From positions 21,772,865 through 21,836,864 of the forward strand of contig NC_068985.1 of assembly GCF_001194135.2 (NCBI RefSeq): a stretch of DNA of 64,000 bases. Reading direction: 5' to 3'. The position numbers and the translations under genes were made by a program. Source of the stretch: Octopus bimaculoides (taxonomy: Eukaryota). The notes below the pieces were generated by a model. It was not told the DNA's origin. It did not search any database and worked only from the letters and a program-made list of their open reading frames with translations. Of this stretch, positions 1-11,541 are shown one piece after another. Within the stretch, counting starts at the first letter, position 1. Every line of letters begins with the position of its first letter.

Positions 1-94
1 TTTATTTTAATTTAAATCATGTCTTCTGATGCTCTTGTCAAGTGTGTGGCCTATAAGCTGTGAGTATATATTTTAATATTTTTGAAAGGCTCAA

Positions 95-236
95 ATATCA
101 CGCTCGCACGATCACGCACATGCACTTACGTATATATGTGTGTATGTATATACGTATGCGTGTATGTATGTGTGGGTGTATATATGTACATCATACATAC
201 ATGCATACTTATACATGTGTGTGTATGTATATATTC

Positions 237-295
<59 letters not shown>

Positions 296-330
296 CATGT
301 ATCTATACGCGCACATATATACATATAAGC
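95..330. repeat. Compound (TA)/(TG)/(CA) microsatellite
   Basis: Direct reading; explains the YIYI/THTH ORFs at 60-356. Confidence 0.95.
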
Positions 331-399
331 TAAAGTTTATTCAAGATCAATCATAAGTAACATATATATAATGTTGGTGTATACAAATCCATTTAACAA

Positions 400-2135
400 A
401 TATACAAAAATAAAAATGGAAAAAGAGAAACAAAGAAAGAAAAAAGAGAAAGAAAGAAAGAAAACAAAAAAAATGACAAAACACCAATTGAACATCAAGT
501 GCCTCAGCTGGTCGCAAACCACAAGGTTCAGTGGAACCGACTGAAGCAATCCAACAGACTTGCATGGGCAATGGCGAGTCTAAGGTGTTAGAACAGCCAA
601 GCACCCTTGCGGGCATCACCTTGGTAAGGCGAGCTGCCAATGATGACACGAACTTCACCATTAGCAGCCCAGCCCCTCCAAATGTCTCAAATGCTACAGG
701 CTGGGTGAGATAGTTCACTGATAGGTCCCGATACTTAAGGATTCTGTTCCATTTGACTATGGAAGCAGTGGACCTCCCATTTACCACAGCATTCAAGATG
801 TGGGAGGGAGCAAGGGAGTCACAGACTATGACATCCCAGATGAAGTACCTACCTCTTGCCCAGGGACAGAGGGTAAGGCCATCTGGTTTTTTCCCATCAC
901 TTCTGGATAATCTCACCAGCTCCAGAATGGAGAGGATATTAACCTGAGCCAGGGTCAACTTAATGATTAAGTTTAGGTTGGTGTGACCAGCATTTATGTG
1001 GAAAGACAAACTGCAAAGACCTGTGGAATTGAGGAGCCTACCACAATCCCCCACAGACATTTGTTCCCACTCTGAGTGTGATGGAGCTGCAGAGCTCAAC
1101 TAGACTGAGTTGACCACCAATGTTGGTCTCAGACAGGGCATCCATCTAGTTCCCTGAGAATTTTGCACTAGCAGAAAGTAGGTGACGCATTGAAAATCGA
1201 TCAGGTTGATCAAGGAGAGAGTTGAAAGTAGCACCTGAACACAGATTGTCTAATACTCTCTGCTTCCATTTATCCTCAACTGTCACAAGAATTGTCAAAT
1301 TCAGCTCTCTCCTCTAAAACAGAGCTTCATCCATCTCCCTGTTGGAACTAGTCCATGCTGGAGAGAAGATGTTGTTGCCTACCAAAGGGAAGCAAGCATA
1401 GATGGAGGAAAGACAACAGAGATGAGCACTTATGCAGACCTAGACTACCAAATTTTGGTATTATGGACAATGCAGCCTGATGGTGGGATTCTGGAGAGAG
1501 TCTGACATTGACCAAGGATTTGAGTTTCCTGAACATTAGATCATCAAAGCATTGGAGATTCGACAAGAATCTATAAGAGGTACTAACTCTGAGAAAATAC
1601 AATAACTTAGGAATCGATATGTAATTCTTAAATATAAAAAAAGCCTACTTCAAGATTTTTTTAAAGTGGCTCGAGGTTAGCCATCTTGAATTGAAAGATG
1701 TACTCGAAAGCTCTGTCAGTAATTGGGGCTCCAAGAGAGCACCATGCTGATGAAGGAAGAATCGCAATAGAGGGGAAGGAGACTGTAAACAGGTTTAGTC
1801 TGATGTGAAGCTGGATGGTTGAGGAGCTAGAGTTCACATTTAGAATTGTTAATACTAAGGTCCCTACGACCAGATTCCTTAATTATCATCCTCACAGTTG
1901 CATGGGCCCCTCAAGCAAGCATCATCATGATACCAGACATTCAAGTCCAGGTCAGCTCCCATCTTGGTAACATCATCAATGTCCAGTGCAAATAGAGCAG
2001 GTCCAAGTAGATCACCTTGTTGGACTCCAGAGGCAAACAGGATGAGGTGGTCACCAAAGGAGAGATAAGAGGGCTTCCAATAAGCTTGCCATGCAAAGTG
2101 ATAGAGCTGTGCGGGCATTCTCCCTCACTGCATAG
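400..2135 (-). mobile_element. Degraded CRE-clade-like non-LTR retrotransposon (RT + zinc-knuckle remnant + restriction-like endonuclease), 5'-truncated
   Basis: RT motifs GVQQGDLLGPALF and WYHDD (1879-2118). SGNWMDAL..LRVG segment near 1070-1190. DCGRLLNSTGLCSLSFH knuckle remnant and RSDGKKPDGLTLCPW..WDV..D..ETFG RLE domain (347-1099). Multiple stops and frameshifts. Confidence 0.75.
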
Positions 2136-3172
2136 GAATGTATGCATGAATGTATGTAAAAGAGATGTAGTTGTCATTTAAGTTCATATCCTGAAACTGT
2201 TTTGAAACTGAAACAATCACATCTTGGAAGAGTGGTTTTAACCATCTAAAAATACAGAAAAATCCAATAAACCTAGTTTTCATTTATTTCTGGAAATGCC
2301 AGCATGGAAGGCAGACATTAAATGATGATGTTGAAATTTTTGTTGCATCACTGCATTCAAATCCCCAATATTGTTCCACTGCATTGCTGTGGAAGTGTGC
2401 AACTGACCAGGCTGTAGTGGTGCAACAAACATTTTCACAACTCAAGAACTGAAAGCCAAGTGAATTTAACAGTTTGTATGTGCTTTTACGTAATTAAAAT
2501 GGCTCCATCATTATATAATTGCTCCATCTTTCTCCCTCTCACCCTCTCTTTCTACACACATGCAAACATGTGTGTGTGCGTGTGTGTATCAAAATGGGAG
2601 ATGGAAAAAAATTTTGGTATTATTTATTCACCATTACATGTGTTTCATTTCTCAATAAGAGTTACAAAGGTGTACAAGTAGAATAAACAGGTATAAAATC
2701 TTGTATTAGAAGTTTATCAGGAAGAGAATCAAGCAATACAAAATTTACATTTGGATAATACTTTAATTTCCTTTAGTGAGACATCCAAATGTATTTTTTC
2801 CATTTTAGAAACTGAACAGTAATAAGTGCTGAAATATAATCTAGTGGATTATATTAGAGCAGAATATTATGTAGATAGGGTTATGATCCAAGCTGTGTCC
2901 TCATGAAGCACATCTGTATGTTCTAGTATGCCAAAATTATATGCAGACATTATAATTGTGTGAAGCATGCATAAGAGTTAAAAAATACAGGAAAATAATT
3001 TTTGCAATCTCCTGTTTTGATATGTAGTTAGTTAATCACTCTGCAAAAGCTATTTTCCAGTGTTTTTTTTTTAACACACACAGTTTTAACATCTACATAC
3101 AATTTTGAGGTACTAGAATATGCACGTGTGCTTCAAGAAGAAACAGCTTGGATTATAACTCTACCTACCTAT

Positions 3173-3174
<2 letters not shown>

Positions 3175-3212
<38 letters not shown>

Positions 3213-3540
3213 TGAGTGTGTTTGTGTCTGTGTGAGTGTGTGTGTCATTTGTATTTGTTTGTGCATGTGTGTGAGTATGTGTGCATGTGTTTGTGCATAT
3301 GTTTGTGTGTTGTGAGTGTGTGTGTTTGTGTGCGTGTGAATTTGTGCTTATGTGTGTGTGTGTGTGTGTAAGTGTTTATGTGTGAGTGTGTTTGTGTTTG
3401 TGTGTGTATGTGTGCGTTTGCATTTGTGTTTGTGTGTGTCTGTGTGTGTTTGCATTTGTGTTTGTGTGTGTTTATATGTGTATGTGTGAGAGTGTGTGTG
3501 TGTTTATGACTCTGTTTGTGTGTGTGTGTGTGTGTGTGTG
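3175..3540. repeat. Degenerate (TG)n/(AG)n microsatellite tract
   Basis: Direct reading. Confidence 0.95.
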
Positions 3541-3680
3541 ACGTATTAACTCCAAACCAGTGGTGAGTCTATGTTATAGATTGCTTGTTATCTCTCAGAC
3601 AGTCAGTCTATTTTAACATATTTTCAAACTTTCTTTCAGAACTGTTTTATTACATAGATATTGTTAATTTTCCTATTTAG

Positions 3681-3768
3681 CAAATACCACATGAATGTAA
3701 TACAACGAGAAGATGGGTTCAGTCCTTCTGGAAATTGCTTCAAATATGAAAAACCTGTTGTTTATCCT
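3681..3768 (+). CDS. Probable internal exon of PLAT-domain gene (KYHMNVIQREDGFSPSGNCFKYEKPVVYP)
   Basis: tttcctatttag acceptor and gtgagt donor; open frame phase 2 to 0, joining 5238 in phase. Upstream exons not identified. Confidence 0.55.
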
Positions 3769-4009
3769 GTGAGTATGTTTAATGTCATTTAAAAAAAAAT
3801 ATGATTCGAATCAGCTATTAGTAAATGTTACTACAATTACAAAAGTAGTATGCAATGTTGAAATACTGATTAGATAAAGTAAAATATAAATTGCTGCTGG
3901 TTATATGAAACTGAAGGATACTGGACACCAAACATGTGAGAAATACTGAAAAGAAAACCCACCCCACTCATATCAGCATTAAAAAAAAAGTGTTAAAGTT
4001 ATGATAAGA

Positions 4010-4263
4010 AGAAGTGTTTCCTTCTCAAGCCATGCCAGGCTCATAAAGTCTATTTTCTTGGTTTCAGTGGCATATAAATTCCCCACCTGCATGGGATGCT
4101 GATCCATCACAGGGTTACTCATTTTTGCCGGCTGAGTGGACTGGAGCAATGTGACATGAAGTGCTTTGCTCAAGAACACAACGCATCGCCCGGTCCAGGA
4201 ATTGAAACCATAATCTTATGATCATGAGTCCAACACCCTAACCACTAAGCCACGTGCCTCCAC
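4010..4263 (-). mobile_element. tRNA-head SINE; related copy at about 38150-38320
   Basis: Minus strand begins gtggaggcacgtggcttagtggttagg (A-box-like) ... ggtttcaattcc (B-box-like), followed by ttcttgagcaaagcacttc core. Confidence 0.7.
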
Positions 4264-4306
4264 AAAGTTATGATAATGATGATAATAATGTTTATCGTTA
4301 TAATTA

Positions 4307-5103
4307 TGCTGCTGCAGCATAATTTATTCAGAGATGTTTTCGAAGTAATACTCAACAAATGAGCAAGAGAAATCCAAGAGAATGTCCACCATAGATATGA
4401 TTATGTGACTTACAAGCATCTAGTTTAACACTTCCCCACCCCTTGGCAATCTTGCACATGCTCCCACATGCTGTATCAAGAAGTTACGGTGATGATGCAG
4501 AGCCAGTTGGGGTACGTTGTACATGAAGCTGTGGCTGTAATGCAGAGCTGATTGAGGTACATGTTGTATATGAAGTTGTGGCTGTAATGCTGCTGCCTGG
4601 GTCACTTGGTACGGGAGTTCTCGCAGGTTGTATATTCGCTGTTAACCATGGTGAAGTAATTCACGAACAGTGCTATGTTAGAACCTGTGCAGTGTTGCTT
4701 GTTGCTGTGTACGTAGAGAGATGATGTTGATGTTAGGACAAATGGTGGCGACGGAGATGGAGGTCGTTGAATGCTGTTGGACGAAATTGATGAGTCTCCA
4801 TGTGGTTACTGTTGTGTTGTCCCTGGAACTTGCTGCATCCTGTGTGGTCAGTGGCTAGACCTTAAAAGGTCTGGGACCAAAGACATCATGATGATGTAAA
4901 GCTGGAGTTTTATAGGGAGCAGTCGGCTCAAACTAGGGTTGAGAACAGACTGTCTCACATGACCTTATTTGAAGGCTGCGATTGGTTGGGTTGCATATTG
5001 GCATGCGATAGAGCAAGAGACAATTGTGCCAATACCAACCAATCAGAGTAGTGGACACAACAGGGTCCAAAATGCGGCCAAAGGCTAGCTGTTCTCTACT
5101 ACG
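4307..5103 (-). mobile_element. LTR-like interspersed repeat (uncertain)
   Basis: On the minus strand: CCAAT boxes, TATA (ctataaaa), then AATAAA near the end. Same layout as 62506-63120. No TSD seen. Confidence 0.3.
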
Positions 5104-5237
5104 TTCATATGTATGTATGTATATATAACAGAGAGGAGAGGAATTTCCTTCAAGTGTACGCTACATATCCATTTTATTGTTTCAAATATTCTAAATTATG
5201 TAAAATTTATTTAACTTCTTTTTATCTCTCTTATAAG

Positions 5238-5350
5238 CTCCCTCCTGGTTTGCTTTACCTACATGATGGGGATTATTCTCAGAAAAAGAGACTTTCATCC
5301 TGCAGTCCATTAGAAAACAAGGATTCTGTTCTGTCTCGAAGAAAGCAAAG
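5238..5350 (+). CDS. Probable exon of PLAT-domain gene (LPPGLLYLHDGDYSQKKRLSSCSPLENKDSVLSRRKQ)
   Basis: Pyrimidine tract + ttataag acceptor, AG|gtaaaa donor. The only open frame is phase 0 to 2. Confidence 0.55.
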
Positions 5351-5722
5351 GTAAAATTTAATAAACAGAGGAAAAGTATTATTCTTGCAATTGTTCATTT
5401 ATGTAATGAAATGCCATCAAGGATGAGGATTAGGGGTAATTTTACTCAACTAAAACCTCCATGCTTCCTGAAATTCGCCAACACTACACCTGATATCCCC
5501 ACCTCCATATACGCATGTACACATGTAGATCATGACTCATACACTGTTCACTTTCCTGATTTTTGTACATAATTCTATGTACTGTACATGCACCTTTGAT
5601 GAGATGTAGTGCTTGTTATTATTTCAAAATGTCTGGTTTTAACATTTGTATAGCAAATGTTGCTGTGTTTACAAAATGGAATTGTGCTTCTTTTCGTAGG
5701 TCTCATTATTAGTGACAGGACT

Positions 5723-6115
5723 AAGTGGCGAGCTGGCAGAATTGTTAGCATGCTGGGCAAAATGCTTAACAGCATTTCGTCTGCCACTACGGTTCTGAGT
5801 TCAAATTCCGCCGAGGTCGACTTTGCCTTTCATCCTTTCGGGGTCGATTAAATAAGTACCAGTTACGCACTGGAGTTGATGTAATCGACTTAATCCCTTT
5901 GTCTGTCCTTGTTTGTCCCCTCTATGTTTAGCCCCTTTGTGGGCAGTAAAGAAATAAGCATTTCATCTGTCTTTACATTCAGAGTTCAAATTCTGCAGAG
6001 GTCGACTTTGCCTTTTATCCTTTTAGGTCGATAAAATAAGTACCAGTTGAACACTGGGGTCAATGTAGTCCCTCCCACGAAATTGCTGGCCTTGTGCCAA
6101 AATTTGAAATCATTA
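5723..6115 (+). mobile_element. Two tandem SINE copies with Deu/Nin-like core
   Basis: ggcgagctggcagaa...gagttcaaattccgccgaggtcgactttgcctttcatcctttcggggtcgat. Further copies at about 10700-10920(-), 16720-16880(-), 24650-24850(+), 26590-26760(-), 34800-34950(+), 38970-39330(-), 50290-50480(+), 51660-51880(+), 56600-56780(+). Confidence 0.8.
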
Positions 6116-7050
6116 TATGTGACAAGACTTGCATCTGTTTTCTGTTTACAAGGCATAAAGAGTAAGGAAACAGGTAGGAGCTCCTTAAAAATCAATGCTA
6201 TTTGTCAGTGTCATTGAATTCAAAACTTTTTGTTTTATTTGTTTGAATATCATTGCTGTCATCATTGTCATTGCCATCGACATCACCACTACTGCCACCA
6301 TCATCATAGTCATTTAATATCCACCTTCAATGCTGGCAAGCCAGAGGACTGCACAGGCTCTTCTCTCTGCTTTGGCATAGTTTCTACAGCTGAATGCCAT
6401 TCCTACTGCCAACCACTTTGCAAAGTGTACTGCGTATTTTCTACATGGCACCAAGAACTGGCAAGGTCACCAAGTAATATGCAAGTCAAAGAAAAAGATC
6501 CCTCAGTGGATGGAGGGGTTATATCAAGAGAGTTGGCTTTGTGTCAGGTTATGAGAGGTTAAGCCTTGATAGAGGAACAGAAACAGATGTCTTGCTGTAG
6601 AGGAGATATGTGGTTTCCAGTAGGACTAAGGCTTGACAAATGTTTGCTGTTTTGTACATTCTTGAGTCATAAGTTTTTCTTCACACAAAAGAAGTTTCAT
6701 TTTTATCAAACAAAACTGATTTAATTTTGATTTCATTTAGAATTCCGTTAACAGAATCTTTGTATTTATATTATTACATAAAACCTTTCCTAGCAGAACT
6801 ATCATCATCAAATACAAACAGTGGGATGGATAGAGTGTGTGCCACCTGGGGCAACCATTGAGTTTGCTCCCCACCCGTCTTGCTCCCTATACTCTTAAAC
6901 AGCAGGCCCAAAAGTGCCATGTCCATAAAAGTATCACCTGTGTACAGATCAACCCCCTTGCCCTGCCCTAACTGTGTTACTGAACACAAAGAAAGAATAT
7001 GTGTGTGTGTGTGAGTGAGTGTGTAGAAGGTTGAAAAGGAACACACAAGT

Positions 7051-7457
7051 TGATATGTATAAGGAAAATAAGACAAGGTAGAAAATGCTAAAATAATTTT
7101 ATTGTGAAGAACATTTTAGTACTGGTTTCAGTTTTTGCAACTTTTTCAACTTAGAGTAAAGCATGAAAAACAATTAAATTGTGGAAAAATTTAATGAAAT
7201 GTTTTTTTAAAGTATTTCCATAGTTTTCAAATGTAAGGGACATTTTCCTGCTTTCTGTCTGTCTCTGACTCTCTTTTTTACTCATGTNNNNNNNNNNTTT
7301 TAAATATTTCATTTAATTTTTCCACAATTTAATTGTTTTTCATGCTTTACTCTAAGTTGAACAAGTTGCAAAAACTGAAACCAGTACTAAAATGTTCTTC
7401 ACAATAAAATTATTTTAGCATTTTCTACCTTGTCTTATTTTCCTTATATACATATCA
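7051..7457. repeat. Inverted repeat with about 155-bp arms around a 10-N gap
   Basis: 7051-7210 is the reverse complement of 7298-7457 with a few mismatches and indels. Confidence 0.8.
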
Positions 7458-7925
7458 TCATCATCATCGTTTAACGTCCTATCACTAATAGTGAGACCTA
7501 TGGGTTGGATGATTTGACTGAGGACTGGCAAACCAGATAGCTGCACCAGGCTCTAATCTGATCTGTCAGAGTTTCTACAGCTGGATGCCCTTCCTAATGC
7601 CAACCACTCCGAGAGTGTAGTGGGTGCTTTTACATGCCACCGGCACGAGGGCCAGTCAGGCAGTATTGGCAACAGCCACGCTCAAATGGTGTGTTTTATG
7701 CACCACCTGCACCGGAGCCAGTCCAGCAGCACTGGCAACGACATCGCTCGAATGTTTTTTCATGTGCCACCAGCACAAGTGCCAATAAGGCGACGCTGGT
7801 AACGATCACGCTCAAATGGTGCTTTTTATGTGCCACCGGCACGGAAGTGAGACAGCTGCTCTGGCAATGATCACGCTCGGCTGGTGTTGTTAGCGCTCCA
7901 CTGGTATGGGTGCCAGCCATCGAAT
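7455..7925 (-). mobile_element. RTE 3'-end-derived repeat with (GAT)n tail
   Basis: Starts catcatcatcgtttaacgtcc and contains ctggatgcccttcctaatgccaaccac. Many copies, e.g. 10491-10690, 12850-13122, 22500-23055, 27270-27630, 28070-28270, 29345-29640, 37765-37876, 57740-58090. Confidence 0.8.
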
Positions 7926-8105
7926 TTGTAGTCTTAACCCCAAAAATAGATGAAATGGTCATGGATGGAGTGATTTCAATCATAGTTTTGTTCAGTTAAG
8001 GTTCATCTAGGGTTAAGAAATTTTTTTGTAAGCAAAAAATGTTCTCTTCATCTGTTCGTTTACATGTTTTTTTAATTTTTTTTACTTTTAGATATCCAAA
8101 TATTC

Positions 8106-8519
8106 NNNNNNNNNNNNNNNNNNNNNNNNNNNNNNNNNNNNNNNNNNNNNNNNNNNNNNNNNNNNNNNNNNNNNNNNNNNNNNNNNNNNNNNNNNNNNNN
8201 NNNNNNNNNNNNNNNNNNNNNNNNNNNNNNNNNNNNNNNNNNNNNNNNNNNNNNNNNNNNNNNNNNNNNNNNNNNNNNNNNNNNNNNNNNNNNNNNNNNN
8301 NNNNNNNNNNNNNNNNNNNNNNNNNNNNNNNNNNNNNNNNNNNNNNNNNNNNNNNNNNNNNNNNNNNNNNNNNNNNNNNNNNNNNNNNNNNNNNNNNNNN
8401 NNNNNNNNNNNNNNNNNNNNNNNNNNNNNNNNNNNNNNNNNNNNNNNNNNNNNNNNNNNNNNNNNNNNNNNNNNNNNNNNNNNNNNNNNNNNNNNNNNNN
8501 NNNNNNNNNNNNNNNNNNN
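8106..8519. other. Assembly gap; other gaps at 7288-7297, 9787-10469, 15163-15416, 61304-61601
   Basis: N runs; ORFs containing X runs are artefacts. Confidence 1.
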
Positions 8520-8574
8520 TTGAAAGCCAACAAACAGAGTTTGCTTTAGAAGCATTGAGATGTATTGAAAGATA

Positions 8575-8707
8575 CAGATAAGGAAATAATTTTATTCTCA
8601 AACGCAGGATAATGCTAATAATAGCATGAACAGGATAAATAATAATATTGTTTTGCTATATTCTTAGCACTATCCTGCATTTGAGAATAAAATTATTTCC
8701 TTATCTG
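8575..8707. repeat. Small hairpin element with 44-bp inverted arms
   Basis: 8575-8618 vs reverse complement of 8664-8707: 2 mismatches. Confidence 0.8.
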
Positions 8708-9524
8708 TGTATATTGTTGTTGTCATCCTTTTGTCTCGGAAGACATTGGAGTTGCGCATAAACTAATCCAGTCTGGTTTTTACATCCATGTCCTCTCCAG
8801 TTTCCTCTCCAGTTTTGCGCAGGCCTGGGCTAGATGTAAGAAGTGAGCCATGTGATCCCACAACATAATCAGCTGCAGTGGAAGTCATAGATTACTCATT
8901 TCCAGTTCTCATCACTGGATCCTATTTGACAATGATATTGTGGCTTGGTTAGCTGAGAGCTGGAAATTTGTTCAAGCTGTGCATCATTTCCCACATAAAA
9001 CCAACCATAATATTCAGTTTTAATGAATCATATTTATTTCCTTGTTGACATTACAAATGTTAATTGCTAAAGACTGTTGTGCTTAATATCAGTAGCTAGT
9101 GTGTGAAAATGTATGGTTAGAGGAAAAAATAAAAGTCTTCATGCTTGTTGAGATGGTCAAAGTGACATGACTACCTGTTGGCCAAGAAAACTTCTACCAC
9201 CCTCTGCCAGTGCTTGCTCTTCTCCTTCTAGTTTGTATTTCATGTGCATGCCAATTTATAACCATCATTTGGGATGAAACCATATAAAATTTATAATTGT
9301 TCTTAACACCCACACAAATGCTCCAGAGCAGTGATTTGCTAAGATGTGGGTTAAGATCTCTTGATATGTTATGGCTATCCTTTGTTACTGAGCTGATGTG
9401 ATTTTGAATGTTATGTACCATTACAAGATCAACTGCTTCCTTCCGGAATATCCAAGTAAGATTTTGGTTGTATTTGTGAAGGCAATCTTTGACATGTATC
9501 ATATATTCATTGTTTTCTCTTTTA

Positions 9525-9737
9525 CTCTTTTACTTGTTTCAGTCATTTGACTGCGGCCATGCTGGAGCACCACCTTTTGACAAGCAAATCGACCCCAGGA
9601 CTTATTCTTTGGAAGCCTAGTACTTATTCTATCGGTCTCTTTTGCCGAACCGCTAAGTTACGGGGACATAAACACACCAGCATCGGTTGTCAAGCGATGT
9701 TGGGGAGACAAACACAGACACACAAACATATACACAC

Positions 9738-9786
<49 letters not shown>
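9525..9786 (-). mobile_element. 3' part of microsatellite-containing SINE, running into a gap
   Basis: gtttcagtcatttgactgcggccatgctgg...ccgctaagttacggggac, the reverse complement of the 43658-44032 family. Confidence 0.8.
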
Positions 9787-10645
9787 NNNNNNNNNNNNNN
9801 NNNNNNNNNNNNNNNNNNNNNNNNNNNNNNNNNNNNNNNNNNNNNNNNNNNNNNNNNNNNNNNNNNNNNNNNNNNNNNNNNNNNNNNNNNNNNNNNNNNN
9901 NNNNNNNNNNNNNNNNNNNNNNNNNNNNNNNNNNNNNNNNNNNNNNNNNNNNNNNNNNNNNNNNNNNNNNNNNNNNNNNNNNNNNNNNNNNNNNNNNNNN
10001 NNNNNNNNNNNNNNNNNNNNNNNNNNNNNNNNNNNNNNNNNNNNNNNNNNNNNNNNNNNNNNNNNNNNNNNNNNNNNNNNNNNNNNNNNNNNNNNNNNNN
10101 NNNNNNNNNNNNNNNNNNNNNNNNNNNNNNNNNNNNNNNNNNNNNNNNNNNNNNNNNNNNNNNNNNNNNNNNNNNNNNNNNNNNNNNNNNNNNNNNNNNN
10201 NNNNNNNNNNNNNNNNNNNNNNNNNNNNNNNNNNNNNNNNNNNNNNNNNNNNNNNNNNNNNNNNNNNNNNNNNNNNNNNNNNNNNNNNNNNNNNNNNNNN
10301 NNNNNNNNNNNNNNNNNNNNNNNNNNNNNNNNNNNNNNNNNNNNNNNNNNNNNNNNNNNNNNNNNNNNNNNNNNNNNNNNNNNNNNNNNNNNNNNNNNNN
10401 NNNNNNNNNNNNNNNNNNNNNNNNNNNNNNNNNNNNNNNNNNNNNNNNNNNNNNNNNNNNNNNNNNNNNCAACAACAACAACAACAACAACAAGCACCCA
10501 CTACACTCTCGGAGTGGTTGGTGTTAGGAAGGGCATCCAGCTGTAGAAACCTTGCTAGATCAGATTGGAACCTGGTGCAATCCTCAGTCAAACCATCCAA
10601 CCCATGCCAGCATGGAAAGCGGATGTTAAATGATGATGATGATGG

Positions 10646-10676
<31 letters not shown>

Positions 10677-10990
10677 GATGATGATGATGACTATAGGCAC
10701 AAGGCCTGAAATTTGTGGGGTGGGGACTAGTTGATTACATCAATCCCAGTGTTTAACTGGTACTTAATTTACCAACCCTGAAACGACGGAAGGCAAAGAC
10801 ACCCTCAGTGGAATTTGAACTCAGAACATAGTAACAGTCAAAATACTGCTAACTAAGCATACTGCTAACTAAGCATACTGCTCGGTGTGCTAACAATCCT
10901 GCCAGTTTGCCACCTTAACACCAACAAAATAATAATATGAGAAAGTGATTTTTTTTGTTTATTGATTAATTCTGTTTTATTTTTGTCTAG

Positions 10991-11056
10991 GGTTGTTATG
11001 ATGGTTCTGGCCTTCAGCAAGCAAACAGAAATAAACTGTTGCCGTGTATTCAAAAG
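10991..11056 (+). CDS. Probable 66-nt symmetric exon of PLAT-domain gene (GCYDGSGLQQANRNKLLPCIQK)
   Basis: ttttgtctag acceptor, AAG|gtaagt donor; phase 0 to 0 matches the next exon. Confidence 0.6.
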
Positions 11057-11165
11057 GTAAGTGGTCAGTCGGTTTCACTTCCTGTCTTTGTTCTGAAAAG
11101 CTGAGTGAGTTAGCTTTATTTACCTTTGCTCCAATCACCATGGACATTTTCCTGATATTTGTTGA

Positions 11166-11541
11166 CACTCTGTCGCTTACGACGTCGAGGGTTCCAGTTG
11201 ATCCGATCAACGGAACAGCCTGCTTGTGAAATTAACGTGCAAGTGGCTGAGCACTTCACAGACACGTGTACCCTTAACGTAGTTTTAAGGGATATTCAGT
11301 GTGACACAGTGTGACAAGGCTGGCCCTTTGAATTACAGGTACAACAGAAACAGGAAGTAAGAGCGAGAGAAAGTTGTGGTGGAAGAGTACAGCATGGTTC
11401 GCGACCATCCCCTGCCGGAGCCTTGTGGAACTTTAGGTGTTTTCGCTCAATAAACACACACAACACCCGGTCTGGGAATCGAAACTGCGATCCTATGACC
11501 ACGAGTCCGCTACCCTAACCACTGGACCATTGCGCTTCCAC
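11166..11541 (-). mobile_element. tRNA-head SINE, about 375 bp; second copy at 58186-58565
   Basis: Two highly similar full-length copies. Minus-strand head gtggaagcgcaatggtccagtggttaggg...ggatcgcagtttcgattccc. Confidence 0.85.

Noticed and set aside
8760-8950. Possible integrase-core remnant (FCAGLG..HVIPQHN)
   Set aside because: Too many stops and too little similarity to call.
9194-9502. 102-aa minus-strand ORF
   Set aside because: No recognisable motif or supporting splice chain; antisense within an intron.
7996-10709. Long ORFs of 150-340 aa
   Set aside because: They run through N gaps and microsatellites; same for 14932-15537 and 61127-61756.
11440-11541. tRNA-like sequences at SINE heads (also 4180-4263, 43658, 58480-58565)
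   Set aside because: A/B-box heads continue into repeated SINE bodies; no complete cloverleaf, so not tRNA genes.
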